Notes under the pieces: model-generated
Database searches by the model: none
Seen by the model: only the letters and a program-made list of their open reading frames with translations
What the model was told of the DNA's origin: nothing
Made by a program: the position numbers and the translations under genes
Shown here: positions 40,809 to 51,619 of the stretch, in pieces
How the letters are laid out: each line of letters starts with the position of its first letter
How positions within the stretch are numbered: the first letter of the stretch is position 1
Source of the DNA: a bacterium
GTDB taxonomy: Bacteria; Patescibacteriota; Dojkabacteria; JAKAPS01; JAJZLI01
Reading direction: 5' to 3'
DNA: 58,508 nucleotides
Assembly (NCBI GenBank): GCA_021785355.1
Contig: JAJYFR010000006.1
Coordinates: forward strand, 1-58,508

Positions 40809-41387
40809 ATGATAGATAAATTTTTGATATCAAAAGTAAGAGTAAAAATATTAAAATTATTCTTGCTTAATTCTCAAAATACATATCATGTAAGAGAGAT
40901 TGTTAGAAGAACAAATGAAGAAATTAATGCAGTAAGAAGAATATTAAAAGAGTTAGAAGATATAAAATTTTTAACAAATGAAAGAAATGGAAATAGACTC
41001 TATTATAAAATAAATATAGATTTCATATATTTTTTTGAATTAAATGCTATGTTTAATAAAGAATTTGGATTAGGACAGAAAATTATAAAACACAAAAACA
41101 AATTAGGTAATATAAAAACAGCATTTTTAACAAAGACATATATTCAAAATAAAAGGAAAAATGACAATGATATAGATCTAGTATTGGTCGGCAATAGTAT
41201 TAATTATATATATTTAGATAAACTCATCAAAGAATTTGAAGACGCAAATGAGAGAAGCATAAACTATACATATCTTACTCAAACAGAATTTGAAGAATAC
41301 AAAAGAAGTAATAACTATTTCCTATCTAATGTTATATTTAAAGAAAAAATAGTACTAATAGGAGAAGAAAGTTTAATATACACATAA
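40809..41387 (+). CDS. wHTH plus degenerate nucleotidyltransferase regulator-like protein
   Basis: SKVRVKILKLF, YHVREIVR..EEINAVRR, DIDLVLVG, INYT. Confidence 0.75.
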   Translation: MIDKFLISKVRVKILKLFLLNSQNTYHVREIVRRTNEEINAVRRILKELEDIKFLTNERNGNRLYYKINIDFIYFFELNAMFNKEFGLGQKIIKHKNKLGNIKTAFLTKTYIQNKRKNDNDIDLVLVGNSINYIYLDKLIKEFEDANERSINYTYLTQTEFEEYKRSNNYFLSNVIFKEKIVLIGEESLIYT

Positions 41388-41447
41388 CATATTCTATCTG
41401 TGATCCTTGCATAAAAGTGAAAGTTATTTTAAAATAGTTCACTAATA

Positions 41448-42791
41448 ATGCGTAGAACCACAAAATTTTTAATATTTATAATTTTTTTATACATAATATC
41501 TATAATTGTAGATATACCTAAGGTAAATATAAATTTAAAACCTATAGGTATAAATTTCAATAGAACAATAGATCATATATCCATTAATCTAAATACTATT
41601 GGAATTAATTATATAAATAAACTTAACCCTTCTTTAGGTTTAGATCTAAGTGGAGGTTCTGAATTAGTTCTACTTGCAAATACATCAAAAATACCTGCAA
41701 GTCAAGTAACTAATGCTTTAGATGCTGCAAGAAATATAATTAATCAAAGAGTAAATCTGTATGGAGTTGCAAATGCTCAAGTATATACAGAAAAATATGG
41801 CAATCAAAATAGAATAGTAGTTGATCTTGCAGGAGTAAAAAATTTAAATGAAGCAAAAAAATTAGTTGGACAAACAGCTAAATTAGAATTTTTGACTATA
41901 AAGCCTAATATTAATTTATCTTCTATAGTTTCTTCTACTATACCCTTAAATGATTTTAACCCAAAAACAAATCTAACAGGAGCAGATCTTGCTTCAGCAT
42001 CAGTTACATATCCTCAAGGAAGTACTACTCCTAATATTCAATTAAACTTCAAACCAGAAGGATTAACTAAATTTTCTAATATAGCAAAAGCTAATGTAGG
42101 AAAACCTATTGGAATAGTACTTGATAATAAGGTTGTTGAGAATCCTGTAATAAATTCTAATTTGGCAAATGGAGTCACATCTTCACCTGTAATAACAGGA
42201 AACTTTACACTTAATCAAGCTCAAACATTAGTAGACCAATTAGATGCAGGAGCATTACCTATACCTGTAAAATTAATTGAAGAGAATACAATTGGAGCAA
42301 CATTAGGATCTCAATCAATTAATGCAAGTTTGATAGCAGGTATCATAGGAATAATAATAATACTTATATTTATGATATGGAATTATAGAACATTAGGAAT
42401 AATTGCAGATATTGCATTAATTTTATATGCTTTAATTACATTTGCTTTATTCAAAATAATTCCAATTACTCTGACTTTAGAGGGTATTGCTGGTTTTATC
42501 CTATCCATAGGAATGGCTGTTGATGCAAATATATTAATATTTGAAAGAATGAAAGAAGAAAATATAGAAGGTAGATCTAGAAAGTCAGTCCTTTCATTAG
42601 GTTTTGCTAGAGCATGGAATTCTATAAGAGATTCTAATATATCTACACTTATAACTACATTTGTTTTATATATGTTAGGATCTTCACAAATAAGAGGATT
42701 TGCTATAACTTTAGCTTTAGGAGTTTTAGTAAGTTTATTTACAGCTGTTACCGTTACGAGGACATTACTTGAAATATTTTATGTAAAATAG
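41448..42791 (+). CDS. secD: Protein translocase subunit SecD
   Basis: LGLDLSGG, GALP, IGATLG, IGMAVDANILIFERMKEE. Confidence 0.96.
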   Translation: MRRTTKFLIFIIFLYIISIIVDIPKVNINLKPIGINFNRTIDHISINLNTIGINYINKLNPSLGLDLSGGSELVLLANTSKIPASQVTNALDAARNIINQRVNLYGVANAQVYTEKYGNQNRIVVDLAGVKNLNEAKKLVGQTAKLEFLTIKPNINLSSIVSSTIPLNDFNPKTNLTGADLASASVTYPQGSTTPNIQLNFKPEGLTKFSNIAKANVGKPIGIVLDNKVVENPVINSNLANGVTSSPVITGNFTLNQAQTLVDQLDAGALPIPVKLIEENTIGATLGSQSINASLIAGIIGIIIILIFMIWNYRTLGIIADIALILYALITFALFKIIPITLTLEGIAGFILSIGMAVDANILIFERMKEENIEGRSRKSVLSLGFARAWNSIRDSNISTLITTFVLYMLGSSQIRGFAITLALGVLVSLFTAVTVTRTLLEIFYVK

Positions 42792-42793
42792 AT

Positions 42794-43687
42794 ATGAATT
42801 TAAATATTGTAAAATACAAATATATATACTTAGGGTTTTCTTTATCTTTAATGATCCTAGCTATAATATTTATTTCAGTATGGGGTTTAAATTTTGGAAT
42901 AGATTTTACAGGAGGAACTCAATTAATATATAAGGTTCAAAAAAATGAAGTATCTCCTTTAAAAAAATATATTGAAAATAATATTTCTCAGGGAAGTATA
43001 GTACAACTAACTAATACAGATTATCAAATACAAACTCCACCTCTAGATCAACAAAAATTAAAAAATTTAGAAACTTATCTTCAAAAAACATTTATACTTT
43101 CCAAACCTCAAAGTATAAAAACTATTGGCCCTACTATTGGAGCACAGTTAGCCCAAGACGCAATTTACTCAATTATAATAGTGATGTTAGGTATAATTCT
43201 ATACATAGGTTTTGCATTCAGAAAAGTACCTAGACCTGCTAATTCTTGGACATTTGGTATATCTGCTATTCTTGCAATGGTACATGATGTCATTATTGTA
43301 TTTGGAGCTTTTGCAATACTAGGTCATTTCTTTAAAGCACCTATAGATTCATTATTTGTCACAGCAATACTTACTGTTATAGGATTCTCAGTACATGACA
43401 CAATAGTAGTATTCGATAGAATTAGAGAGAATTTAATAAAAAAGAGACTTGCTAATTTTTCTGACATGATAAATAATTCACTAATGCAAACATTAAACAG
43501 ATCTTTAAATACATCTTTTACTGTACTTTTAGTTTTATCAGCACTTTTCTTATTGGGAGGTATTACTATTAGGTGGTTTGCTGTAGCTCTTCTAATTGGT
43601 ATTTTTTCAGGAACTTATTCAAGCATATTTGTAGCTTCACAACTTTTAATTATTTATGAACAATATAAAGAAAGAAAATCTAAATAA
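42794..43687 (+). CDS. secF: Protein translocase subunit SecF
   Basis: GIDFTGG, IGPTIG, HDV, GFSVHDTIVVFDRIRE. Confidence 0.96.
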   Translation: MNLNIVKYKYIYLGFSLSLMILAIIFISVWGLNFGIDFTGGTQLIYKVQKNEVSPLKKYIENNISQGSIVQLTNTDYQIQTPPLDQQKLKNLETYLQKTFILSKPQSIKTIGPTIGAQLAQDAIYSIIIVMLGIILYIGFAFRKVPRPANSWTFGISAILAMVHDVIIVFGAFAILGHFFKAPIDSLFVTAILTVIGFSVHDTIVVFDRIRENLIKKRLANFSDMINNSLMQTLNRSLNTSFTVLLVLSALFLLGGITIRWFAVALLIGIFSGTYSSIFVASQLLIIYEQYKERKSK

Positions 43688-44111
43688 ATCTATTCACTAT
43701 ACAGCTGGTGGTATATTAAAAAATAAAGATAATCAAATTTTTTTAATTTTTAATAAAAATAGAAGAACATTTCAATTACCAAAAGGTCATTTGGAGAAAG
43801 GAGAAACTTCTAAAATGGCAGCTATAAGAGAAGTAAGAGAAGAAACAGGATATAGAAATATAAAAATAATATCTCAAAAATCTTTCAAGATATTTTTTAC
43901 ATTTAAAGATAGATTTGATAATAATTTAATAAATCAAAAACATACAATATACTATATAATGAAACTTGTTGATGAAGAAAGAATTCACACAAAAGAACAG
44001 GATGATGAAAAGTTAGGAGGAGATTGGTTTTATATAGATGATGCAATAAAAAAAGCTTCTTTCAAAAATATAAAAAATATATTAATTGAAATGAAGAATT
44101 TGTCTATTTGA
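43656..44111 (+). CDS. NUDIX hydrolase
   Basis: LPKGHLEKGETSKMAAIREVREETG Nudix box. Confidence 0.93.
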   Translation: MNNIKKENLNKSIHYTAGGILKNKDNQIFLIFNKNRRTFQLPKGHLEKGETSKMAAIREVREETGYRNIKIISQKSFKIFFTFKDRFDNNLINQKHTIYYIMKLVDEERIHTKEQDDEKLGGDWFYIDDAIKKASFKNIKNILIEMKNLSI

Positions 44112-44948
44112 AATTCCATTTTTAAATTCTCTACCATTCATATATACTCCACCTTCTTTCTGAATATCATTTATCTTTATATAAAAATCTGCTCCTGCAA
44201 TTAATAAATCTTTTGATTGTAAAAAAATCTCTCCAGACTTTTGAGATTTGATATCAGTAAGTTCAGCATCCTTAATATTTATTATCTTATTATTAAAATA
44301 ACACCAAGCAGGAGATGCTGCTTTTATTAATCTTATAATATTTAATGAATTTTCATCCCAATTAATTTTAACATTTTCTCTTAAAAAATTTTTCTTATTA
44401 CAATAAGTAGATTTACTACTGTCTTGCTTAATAGGTATTATAGATTCATAATTTGAAATAACATCAAATATCATAGAAACAGATTTTTGAGCTAATGTTT
44501 TTTCTAAATAATTATAAGTTTCATTTCCTTTGAGTTCAATTTTTTTCTGAAGATACACATCTCCTTCATCCATATTCTCATTCATTTTAATGATACTCAC
44601 TCCCGTATATTTATCTCCATTTAAAATAACAGACTGTATAGGTGTAGCTCCTCTATATAAAGGAAGTAGTGATGGATGTATATTTAAAAATATAGATTTA
44701 TCTAATAAATTTTTAGGTATGATATTTCCAAATGAAGCAACAACACAAAAATCAGATTCACTTATAACTTTATCCACATTTTCATAAAGAATTGTAGGAA
44801 TTTTTAATTTTTTAGATTCTTTATATAATAAAACTTTTTCACTTTTTATAACAGAATATAGAATATCAACATAATCATTAAGACCCTCTTCTATTATTGA
44901 AGAAAAAAGAGAAGATCCAAAGAATAACACTTTATATTTAGATTTCAT
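44082..44948 (-). CDS. fmt: Methionyl-tRNA formyltransferase
   Basis: NIHPSLLPLYRGATPIQ, TGVSII..MDEG. Confidence 0.94.
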   Translation of the reverse strand: MKSKYKVLFFGSSLFSSIIEEGLNDYVDILYSVIKSEKVLLYKESKKLKIPTILYENVDKVISESDFCVVASFGNIIPKNLLDKSIFLNIHPSLLPLYRGATPIQSVILNGDKYTGVSIIKMNENMDEGDVYLQKKIELKGNETYNYLEKTLAQKSVSMIFDVISNYESIIPIKQDSSKSTYCNKKNFLRENVKINWDENSLNIIRLIKAASPAWCYFNNKIINIKDAELTDIKSQKSGEIFLQSKDLLIAGADFYIKINDIQKEGGVYMNGREFKNGISNRQILHFN

Positions 44949-45009
44949 ATAAAATATATGATATCATATTAAGAGTATATATTGTTTATTTTGTAGTTAA
45001 TGGAAAAAT

Positions 45010-46530
45010 ATGATAGAAGAAATAATTATAGCGGTATTAATAATACTTTTAGCAGGTATTGTTATATACTTTCAACAAAAAATTAAAAAAGATGGAATTT
45101 TATTTAAAGAAAAAATAGAAGAAGCAAAGAAAATTTCAGAGAAAAAGGAAATGGAATTAGCTTCTCAAAAGGCTCAAGAGATAATATCTCAAGCAAAAAA
45201 TAGATCTATAGACATTACAAGAGAAGCTCAGAGAAAAGAAATGGAATCTTTAAAATTAGTATCTCAAAATGAGAATACTATATCTCAAAAACAATCTATT
45301 ATTAATGATAGATTAGAGTCTATTACTCAAAAAGAGCAAAAAATTGATGAAATTAAAGCTAATATTTCTAAAATTAAAGAAGATTTATCAGAAAAATTAG
45401 AAAAATTATCTTCTCTGAGTAAAGAAGATGCAAAAAATTTATTACTAGAAGAACTTGATACAGAATTAGTTAATGAAAAAGCTAAAAAAATTAAAGAGTA
45501 TAGTGATGAAGTAAGGTCTAAAAGTGAAGAAATCTCTAAAGAAATACTGATAGATACAATGGAGAAAACAGTCAGTGAATATATAGGTTCAGCAACAACT
45601 TCTATATTGGATATACCAAATGATGATCTAAAAGGAAAAATTATAGGAAAAGAAGGTAGAAATATAAGAGCATTCGAGAAAGCAACAGGAGTTGATGTAA
45701 TTATAGATGATGTACCAGGCTCTATTACAATATCTTGTTTTGATCCTTTAAGAAGAGAAGTTGCTATACTTGCTATGAAAAAATTAATAGAAGATAAAAG
45801 AATACATCCTGGAAAAATTGAAGAGATGGTAAAAAAAGCTAGAGAAGATATTTCTAAAGAAATAAGAAGATTCGGTGAAAAAATGGCATATGATAGTGGA
45901 ATTAATGGTCTTAGACCTGAATTAATATCTCTTCTAGGAAGAATGAAGTATAGATATAGTTATGGACAAAATGTAGCAACACATTCTTTAGAGATGGTAA
46001 AGATAGCTGCAAATTTAGCAGAAAGTATGAATGCTAATATATATTTAGCAAAAAAATGTGCACTATTCCACGATATAGGTAAAGTTATGACTGCAGAACA
46101 AGAAGGTTCTCATGTTGAAATTGGTGCTGAAATTGCAAGAAAATATGGACTAGAAGATGAAGTTATAAATGCTATATTTTCTCATCATGATATGGCAGAA
46201 CCATCTTGTATCGAGAGTGCAATAACCAAAATTGCAGATAAAATTTCAGCAAGTAGACCTGGAGCTAGAAATAATTCATCAGAAATGTATTCTACAAGAA
46301 TTAAAAAATTAGAAGATACAGTAAGAGAGTTTGAAGGTGTTGAAGAAGCATATGCTATATTTGCAGGGAGAGAAATAAGAGTAATAGTAAAGCCTGATAT
46401 GATAGATGATGCAAAAATGAAGCTTTTATCTTATGAAATAGCTAAGAAAGTTGAAAAAGAAAATACTTACCCAGGAACTGTTCAGATAACTCTAATAAGA
46501 GAAACTAGATCTGTAACTAAAGCAAAATAA
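45010..46530 (+). CDS. rny: Ribonuclease Y
   Basis: TM, coiled coil, KH (KGKIIGKEGRNI), HD (HDIGK). Confidence 0.97.
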   Translation: MIEEIIIAVLIILLAGIVIYFQQKIKKDGILFKEKIEEAKKISEKKEMELASQKAQEIISQAKNRSIDITREAQRKEMESLKLVSQNENTISQKQSIINDRLESITQKEQKIDEIKANISKIKEDLSEKLEKLSSLSKEDAKNLLLEELDTELVNEKAKKIKEYSDEVRSKSEEISKEILIDTMEKTVSEYIGSATTSILDIPNDDLKGKIIGKEGRNIRAFEKATGVDVIIDDVPGSITISCFDPLRREVAILAMKKLIEDKRIHPGKIEEMVKKAREDISKEIRRFGEKMAYDSGINGLRPELISLLGRMKYRYSYGQNVATHSLEMVKIAANLAESMNANIYLAKKCALFHDIGKVMTAEQEGSHVEIGAEIARKYGLEDEVINAIFSHHDMAEPSCIESAITKIADKISASRPGARNNSSEMYSTRIKKLEDTVREFEGVEEAYAIFAGREIRVIVKPDMIDDAKMKLLSYEIAKKVEKENTYPGTVQITLIRETRSVTKAK

Positions 46531-46536
46531 TTAATT

Positions 46537-47838
46537 ATGAAAAGATTATATTCAAACGAACTTAAAGAACATATAGGAGAAGAAGTTTTGATCCAAGGTT
46601 TTCTTTTTCAAAAAAGGATAATGGGAAATATAAATTTTCTTTTAATAAGAGATAAATTTGGTATAGTTCAATGCGTAGTTAAAGATAAAGATCAAATTGA
46701 AATATTAAAAGATGTAATGGATGAAAGTGTTTTAGAAATCACAGGTAATTGTGTAGAAGAAAAAAGATCTAGTATTGGAGTAGAAATTCATAACCCAAAA
46801 GTCAATATAATATCAAAAGTTAAATATCCTTTAAATATAGAAATTAATAAACCTATTATAAATGCTAATATTGATACTATTCTTGATAATAGAGCAATCT
46901 CACTGCGTTCCCCTTTAATAAGATCTGTATTTAATATACAAGCTCAAATGGCAAAAGCTTTTAGAGAATTTGCAGACAAAAATGGTTCGAAAGAAATATT
47001 TATACCAACCATAGTAGGTTCAGCAACAGAGGGAGGTTCTGAGCTATTTGAAATAAAATATTATGATAAAAAAGCATATTTAGGTCAAAGTGGTCAATTA
47101 TATAAACAAATGATGGTAGGAGTTTTTGAAAGAGTATATGCTATATCTCATTCATATAGGGCTGAAAAGTTTGGAACTTCAAGACATACTTCTGAATTTA
47201 TTCAATATGAATTTGAAATGGGTTTTATAAAAGATTATATGGATGTCATTAATTTTGGTATAGATATAATAAGATATATAAAAGATTCGGTAGAAAAAGA
47301 AAATATTGAAGATTTGAAAATTATAAATAAAGAATTACCTCTAATTCCTAAAAATATTCCTATTATGAAATTAAAAGAAGCTCAAGATTTAATTTTTGAG
47401 AAAGAAAATATTGATCATAGAGGAGAAAAAGATCTCTCACCAGAAGATGAGAAATTAATATCTAAAATAATAAAAGATTTATATAAATCAGACCTCGTAG
47501 TAATAACACACTACCCTACTTCAAAAAGACCTTTTTATACTATGCCAGATCCTCAAAACCCTGAAGAAACACTCAGTTTTGATTTTATATTGAGAGGATT
47601 AGAGATCTTAACGGGAAGTCAAAGAATTCATGAATATGAACAATTAATTTTAGCTATAGAAAAAAAGGGCTTAGATCCAAAAAACTATGAAGATTATTTA
47701 GAAATATTTAAATATGGAATGCCTCATGAAGGTGGATTTGGAATGGGTTTTGAAAGATTAACTCAACAATTTTTGTCTTTATCGAATATAAGAGAAGCTA
47801 CTCTATTTCCTAGAGATGTAAAAAGAATTACTCCTTAA
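46537..47838 (+). CDS. aspS: Aspartyl-tRNA synthetase, short (archaeal-like/non-discriminating) type
   Basis: ATEGGSELF, AYLGQSGQLYKQ, GSQRIH, GMPHEGGFGMGFERL, LFPRD. Confidence 0.92.
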   Translation: MKRLYSNELKEHIGEEVLIQGFLFQKRIMGNINFLLIRDKFGIVQCVVKDKDQIEILKDVMDESVLEITGNCVEEKRSSIGVEIHNPKVNIISKVKYPLNIEINKPIINANIDTILDNRAISLRSPLIRSVFNIQAQMAKAFREFADKNGSKEIFIPTIVGSATEGGSELFEIKYYDKKAYLGQSGQLYKQMMVGVFERVYAISHSYRAEKFGTSRHTSEFIQYEFEMGFIKDYMDVINFGIDIIRYIKDSVEKENIEDLKIINKELPLIPKNIPIMKLKEAQDLIFEKENIDHRGEKDLSPEDEKLISKIIKDLYKSDLVVITHYPTSKRPFYTMPDPQNPEETLSFDFILRGLEILTGSQRIHEYEQLILAIEKKGLDPKNYEDYLEIFKYGMPHEGGFGMGFERLTQQFLSLSNIREATLFPRDVKRITP

Positions 47839-48980
47839 TTTTTCAACGCATCTACATAATAATAAAACTGAGCACTTTGATTATTTGAAAGATATGCTGT
47901 TCCTGAAAGTATATATATAGGAATTAAATATTGAGAATAATTTTTAGATTCAAAATATCCTAATTCAATATTATTAACATAAAATTTAGAAACCTGATAA
48001 TTCGAATTATAATTTACATTATATGCATCTCCTGACAAAGTTGGATATATAGAGACTAAACTACCTTTCCCTGAAGATATAAGATTAAAAGCTTCTTGAG
48101 GTGTAATTATGTTGTATGTACTACTTGAAGTGATAGTATAATTGTAGTAATTAGCATTTAGTATTCCATCTAATCCTGAAAGATTAGAATTATCAATTAA
48201 AAAATTTATTAATGGTTTATTAGGATTATTAGTATATATTTTATACTGTCCAATATGTTGCCTATAAAAAACATAGTATGCATTAGGAATTGTACCTGTA
48301 GAATTAGAAAATTCTATATTATTATTATTAATAGTAACTGGTACAGCAGAAAAATAATTCATATTCATTTGTATTAAAGGAATATTTATACCGGTAGCAT
48401 TTTGATAAGTCAAATTACTTAAAAAATTATATACAGACATCTCTGCATTATTTAAAGATGAAAAATTAAAATTATTACCTATATTACTGTTTTGATAATT
48501 AATATAATCTGATATATTTAAATTTAAAAATATATTAAAAGATAGATTTGAAAGATTAATACTTATAGTATGATGAGGTGTTGTCCAATTATATACGTAA
48601 GCATTATTAGTTGAACTATTAGTTGAAGATATTCCCATATTAGATATTAGAGCACTTGCTATATTATATGAATTAAGCGTAATTATAGGTTTTTTTAATT
48701 TATATACAGGAGATATTAAAGGAAAGGAATTTAGATTTTGAGTTGTATCTAGAATATAACTAGAATGATTATTCACAAAAGATACATTTTTAAATGATAA
48801 TGCAGGAATATTACCAAAACCATTTTGTGCTGTTATACTCCTTTGATATGCATAATAATTAGAAATAGAACTTGATATAAAATAAATAATAAAAGATATA
48901 AGAAGTAAAGAGATAAAAAATATCACAAAATATATTAAAGTTCTTTTTGTTGTTCCTATAACTCTTGTAAGTGCAGACAT
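47835..48980 (-). CDS. Membrane-anchored hypothetical protein
   Basis: N-terminal TM, N/S-rich extracellular part, YLIPIY C-terminus. Confidence 0.7.
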   Translation of the reverse strand: MSALTRVIGTTKRTLIYFVIFFISLLLISFIIYFISSSISNYYAYQRSITAQNGFGNIPALSFKNVSFVNNHSSYILDTTQNLNSFPLISPVYKLKKPIITLNSYNIASALISNMGISSTNSSTNNAYVYNWTTPHHTISINLSNLSFNIFLNLNISDYINYQNSNIGNNFNFSSLNNAEMSVYNFLSNLTYQNATGINIPLIQMNMNYFSAVPVTINNNNIEFSNSTGTIPNAYYVFYRQHIGQYKIYTNNPNKPLINFLIDNSNLSGLDGILNANYYNYTITSSSTYNIITPQEAFNLISSGKGSLVSIYPTLSGDAYNVNYNSNYQVSKFYVNNIELGYFESKNYSQYLIPIYILSGTAYLSNNQSAQFYYYVDALKN

Positions 48981-49024
48981 ATCTAATATATAATAGTAAA
49001 TTAGCTTAGTAATTTCAATTTATT

Positions 49025-50434
49025 ATGAGAGTAAGAACACGAATTGCTCCATCACCTACCGGAGATCCTCATATAGGAACGATATATCAGGCACTATTTG
49101 ATTATGCATATGCAAAACAAAATAAAGGAAATTTTATTTTAAGAGTTGAAGATACTGACAGAGAAAGATTTGTAGAAGGAGCAACTCAAAAAATCTTATC
49201 TTCTCTTAAGTGGTTTTCTATTGAACCTGATGAAAGTCCTGTGCATGGAGGAGATTTTGGACCATATGTTCAATCAGAGAGATTAGATATATATAAAAAA
49301 TATATTAACGATTTAATATTAAAAAAAGAGGCATATTTGTGTTTTTGTACAAAAGAAAGACTTGATCATATAAGAGAAGAACAAATAAAAAATAAACAAC
49401 AGCCTAAATATGATAAACATTGCTTAAATCTTACAAAAAAAGAGATTGATGATCTAATAAATAAAGGTACACCTTCTGTTGTTAGATTAAATGTCAAACC
49501 AGGAATTGATATTATTTTTAATGACCTTATCAGAGGAGAAATCAAAATTAAGACTGATTCATTTGATGATCAAGTATTATTAAAATCTGATGGATATCCA
49601 ACTTATCATGCAGCAGTAGTAATAGATGATCATTTAATGAAAATAACTCATATTATAAGAGGGGAAGAATGGATATCTTCTACTCCAAAACATATACTTT
49701 TATATAAAGCTTTTGAATGGGATATTCCTATGTTTGCTCATTTATCTTTACTTAGAAATAGAGATAAATCAAAAATATCTAAAAGACATAATAATACATC
49801 CATAGATTGGTACAAAAAAGAAGGATATCTTCCTGAAGCATTAACTAATTATCTTTTATTATTAGGGTGGTCTCATCCAGAAGGAAAAGAAGTATATTCT
49901 TTAGATGAATTTATTAAAAAATTTTCATTTGATAGGGTAAGTAAAGGTGGTCCTATCTTTGATATAGATAAACTTAATTGGATAAATGGTGTATATATAA
50001 GATCTAAAAGTGTTATTGAAATAAAAAAACTTATAAAGCCTTATTTAATATATGATATTGAAAATAAGAAATTAGAAGAGATTATAAAACTTATACAAGA
50101 TAGATTAAAAAAATTATCAGAAATAAATGATTTAATATCATTTTTTGTAGAAACACCTCAAATAGATCAAGAAATTTTGGAAAACATAATATCTAAAGAT
50201 AAAATAGATGAAATATGTGATATATCATATAAAACTATTGAGGATAAAGGTATTAATCGTGACACAGAAGAAACTCTTAGAAATTATGCTATAGAAAAAG
50301 GATATAATATTGGAGATTTCTTTATGATTATAAGAATAGTTACAACTGGTAAAAAAGCTACACCACCTTTATTTGATACATTATCTATAATAGGGAAAAA
50401 AGAAACATTAAAAAGGCTAAAGAATGGGAGATAG
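49025..50434 (+). CDS. gltX: Glutamyl-tRNA synthetase
   Basis: RIAPSPTGDPHIG, RVEDTD, KISKR. Confidence 0.97.
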   Translation: MRVRTRIAPSPTGDPHIGTIYQALFDYAYAKQNKGNFILRVEDTDRERFVEGATQKILSSLKWFSIEPDESPVHGGDFGPYVQSERLDIYKKYINDLILKKEAYLCFCTKERLDHIREEQIKNKQQPKYDKHCLNLTKKEIDDLINKGTPSVVRLNVKPGIDIIFNDLIRGEIKIKTDSFDDQVLLKSDGYPTYHAAVVIDDHLMKITHIIRGEEWISSTPKHILLYKAFEWDIPMFAHLSLLRNRDKSKISKRHNNTSIDWYKKEGYLPEALTNYLLLLGWSHPEGKEVYSLDEFIKKFSFDRVSKGGPIFDIDKLNWINGVYIRSKSVIEIKKLIKPYLIYDIENKKLEEIIKLIQDRLKKLSEINDLISFFVETPQIDQEILENIISKDKIDEICDISYKTIEDKGINRDTEETLRNYAIEKGYNIGDFFMIIRIVTTGKKATPPLFDTLSIIGKKETLKRLKNGR

Positions 50435-50496
50435 TTTAACGGTAAAACGCTACGCTCTGAACGTAGTAAGTCTAGGTTCGATTCCTAGTCTCCCAG
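50425..50496 (+). tRNA. tRNA-Gln(CTG)
   Basis: TGGGAGA/TCTCCCA acceptor stem, anticodon arm CTACG-CTCTGAA-CGTAG, GGTTCGATTCC; overlaps the gltX 3' end. Confidence 0.95.
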
Positions 50497-50576
50497 AAAT
50501 TATCTATAGACTAAAATTCTATGTATGGACATATAAATATGTTTTATTTTCTGTAATTGTTTGATATACTTTAATT

Positions 50577-50756
50577 ATGAGTAAAGAAGAGAATAAGAAA
50601 CTTATAAAATTATACCAAGAGTATAGACAAAGAAAAATATTGAAAGAGGATGTCTTACAATTTTCACGTGATTTTATGCCTGAAATGATTTATCGTACAA
50701 CTAAATTAGAAGGTGAGCCTGTTACAAGACAAATGGTATCTTTACTATTTAAATAA
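50577..50756 (+). CDS. Putative Fic antitoxin (VbhA/FicA-like; not in ORF track)
   Basis: 59 aa MSKEENKK...IYRTTKLEGEPVTRQMVSLLFK; (S/T)xxxEG inhibitory motif; TAATG overlap with Fic. Confidence 0.78.
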   Translation: MSKEENKKLIKLYQEYRQRKILKEDVLQFSRDFMPEMIYRTTKLEGEPVTRQMVSLLFK

Positions 50757-51388
50757 TGGTCAAAAGTGGTACGAAACCTAAAGGCGCAACATCATATAAA
50801 GATACAGCTTTTGGAATTATTTCTCGAGAAGAACTTATTAAGCTTGAGATTGAAGGGATAAAGAGAGGACTAGAATATTTATATGATCTAGTGCAAAAAC
50901 AAGAACAGGTTGCAATTACTTCAGAATTAATAACGAAACTTCATGAAATTTCTTTTGGTTGGATTTTTCCTAAATGGGCAGGAAAATATAGAACAATTCA
51001 AGTAACATTTTCTGATAAAGAAGCTCCACCATATTATCAAGTATCAGAATTAATGTTCAATTTCTCTAAAGATATAGAATCACGGTTACAAAATCTCCCT
51101 ACTCCAGATAAAGAAAACTTTATTTTTGAAATAATATCCTTATCAGCTTGGTTTCAACATAGATTTGTTTTTATTCATCCATTCCAAGATTACAATGGGA
51201 GGACAGCACGAATGCTAACGACTTTCATATTACTACAATTCAAACTACCCTCTATTGAATTAAAAGCAGATACAGGAGATGACAGGAAACAATATCTTAA
51301 AGCAATGAGGAAAGCAGATGATGGTGATTATAAACTTCTTGAAAGACTTATTAGCCGAGCACTAACAGACAGTCTTAATCATATTTAA
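50756..51388 (+). CDS. Fic-family adenylyltransferase toxin
   Basis: WAGKYRT, IHPFQDYNGRTAR. Confidence 0.93.
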   Translation: MVKSGTKPKGATSYKDTAFGIISREELIKLEIEGIKRGLEYLYDLVQKQEQVAITSELITKLHEISFGWIFPKWAGKYRTIQVTFSDKEAPPYYQVSELMFNFSKDIESRLQNLPTPDKENFIFEIISLSAWFQHRFVFIHPFQDYNGRTARMLTTFILLQFKLPSIELKADTGDDRKQYLKAMRKADDGDYKLLERLISRALTDSLNHI

Positions 51389-51457
51389 TTCTATTATTTT
51401 TCATCATATCTAATTTATCTAGTTTTTCAACGGTTGAAATGAGATTTTTAAAAATGG

Positions 51458-51484
51458 GGTTCCACATACGGGACAGCTTTCCAG
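51458..51484 (+). repeat. att-like repeat of the tRNA-Gln array (site Q1, most divergent)
   Basis: GGTTC-N15-TTTCCAG(AAA) versus tRNA GGTTC-N10-CTCCCAG(AAA). Confidence 0.55.
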
Positions 51485-51619
51485 AAAATAATATCTATTA
51501 ATTTATATATTCAATTTATTCTTTTAAATCCGTATGAAATAGCAATTTGCTATGTATGGCAAAGACAATATTAATAATTAATGTTAGAATTCAATCAATT
51601 ATTTTATTGATTAAATAGT

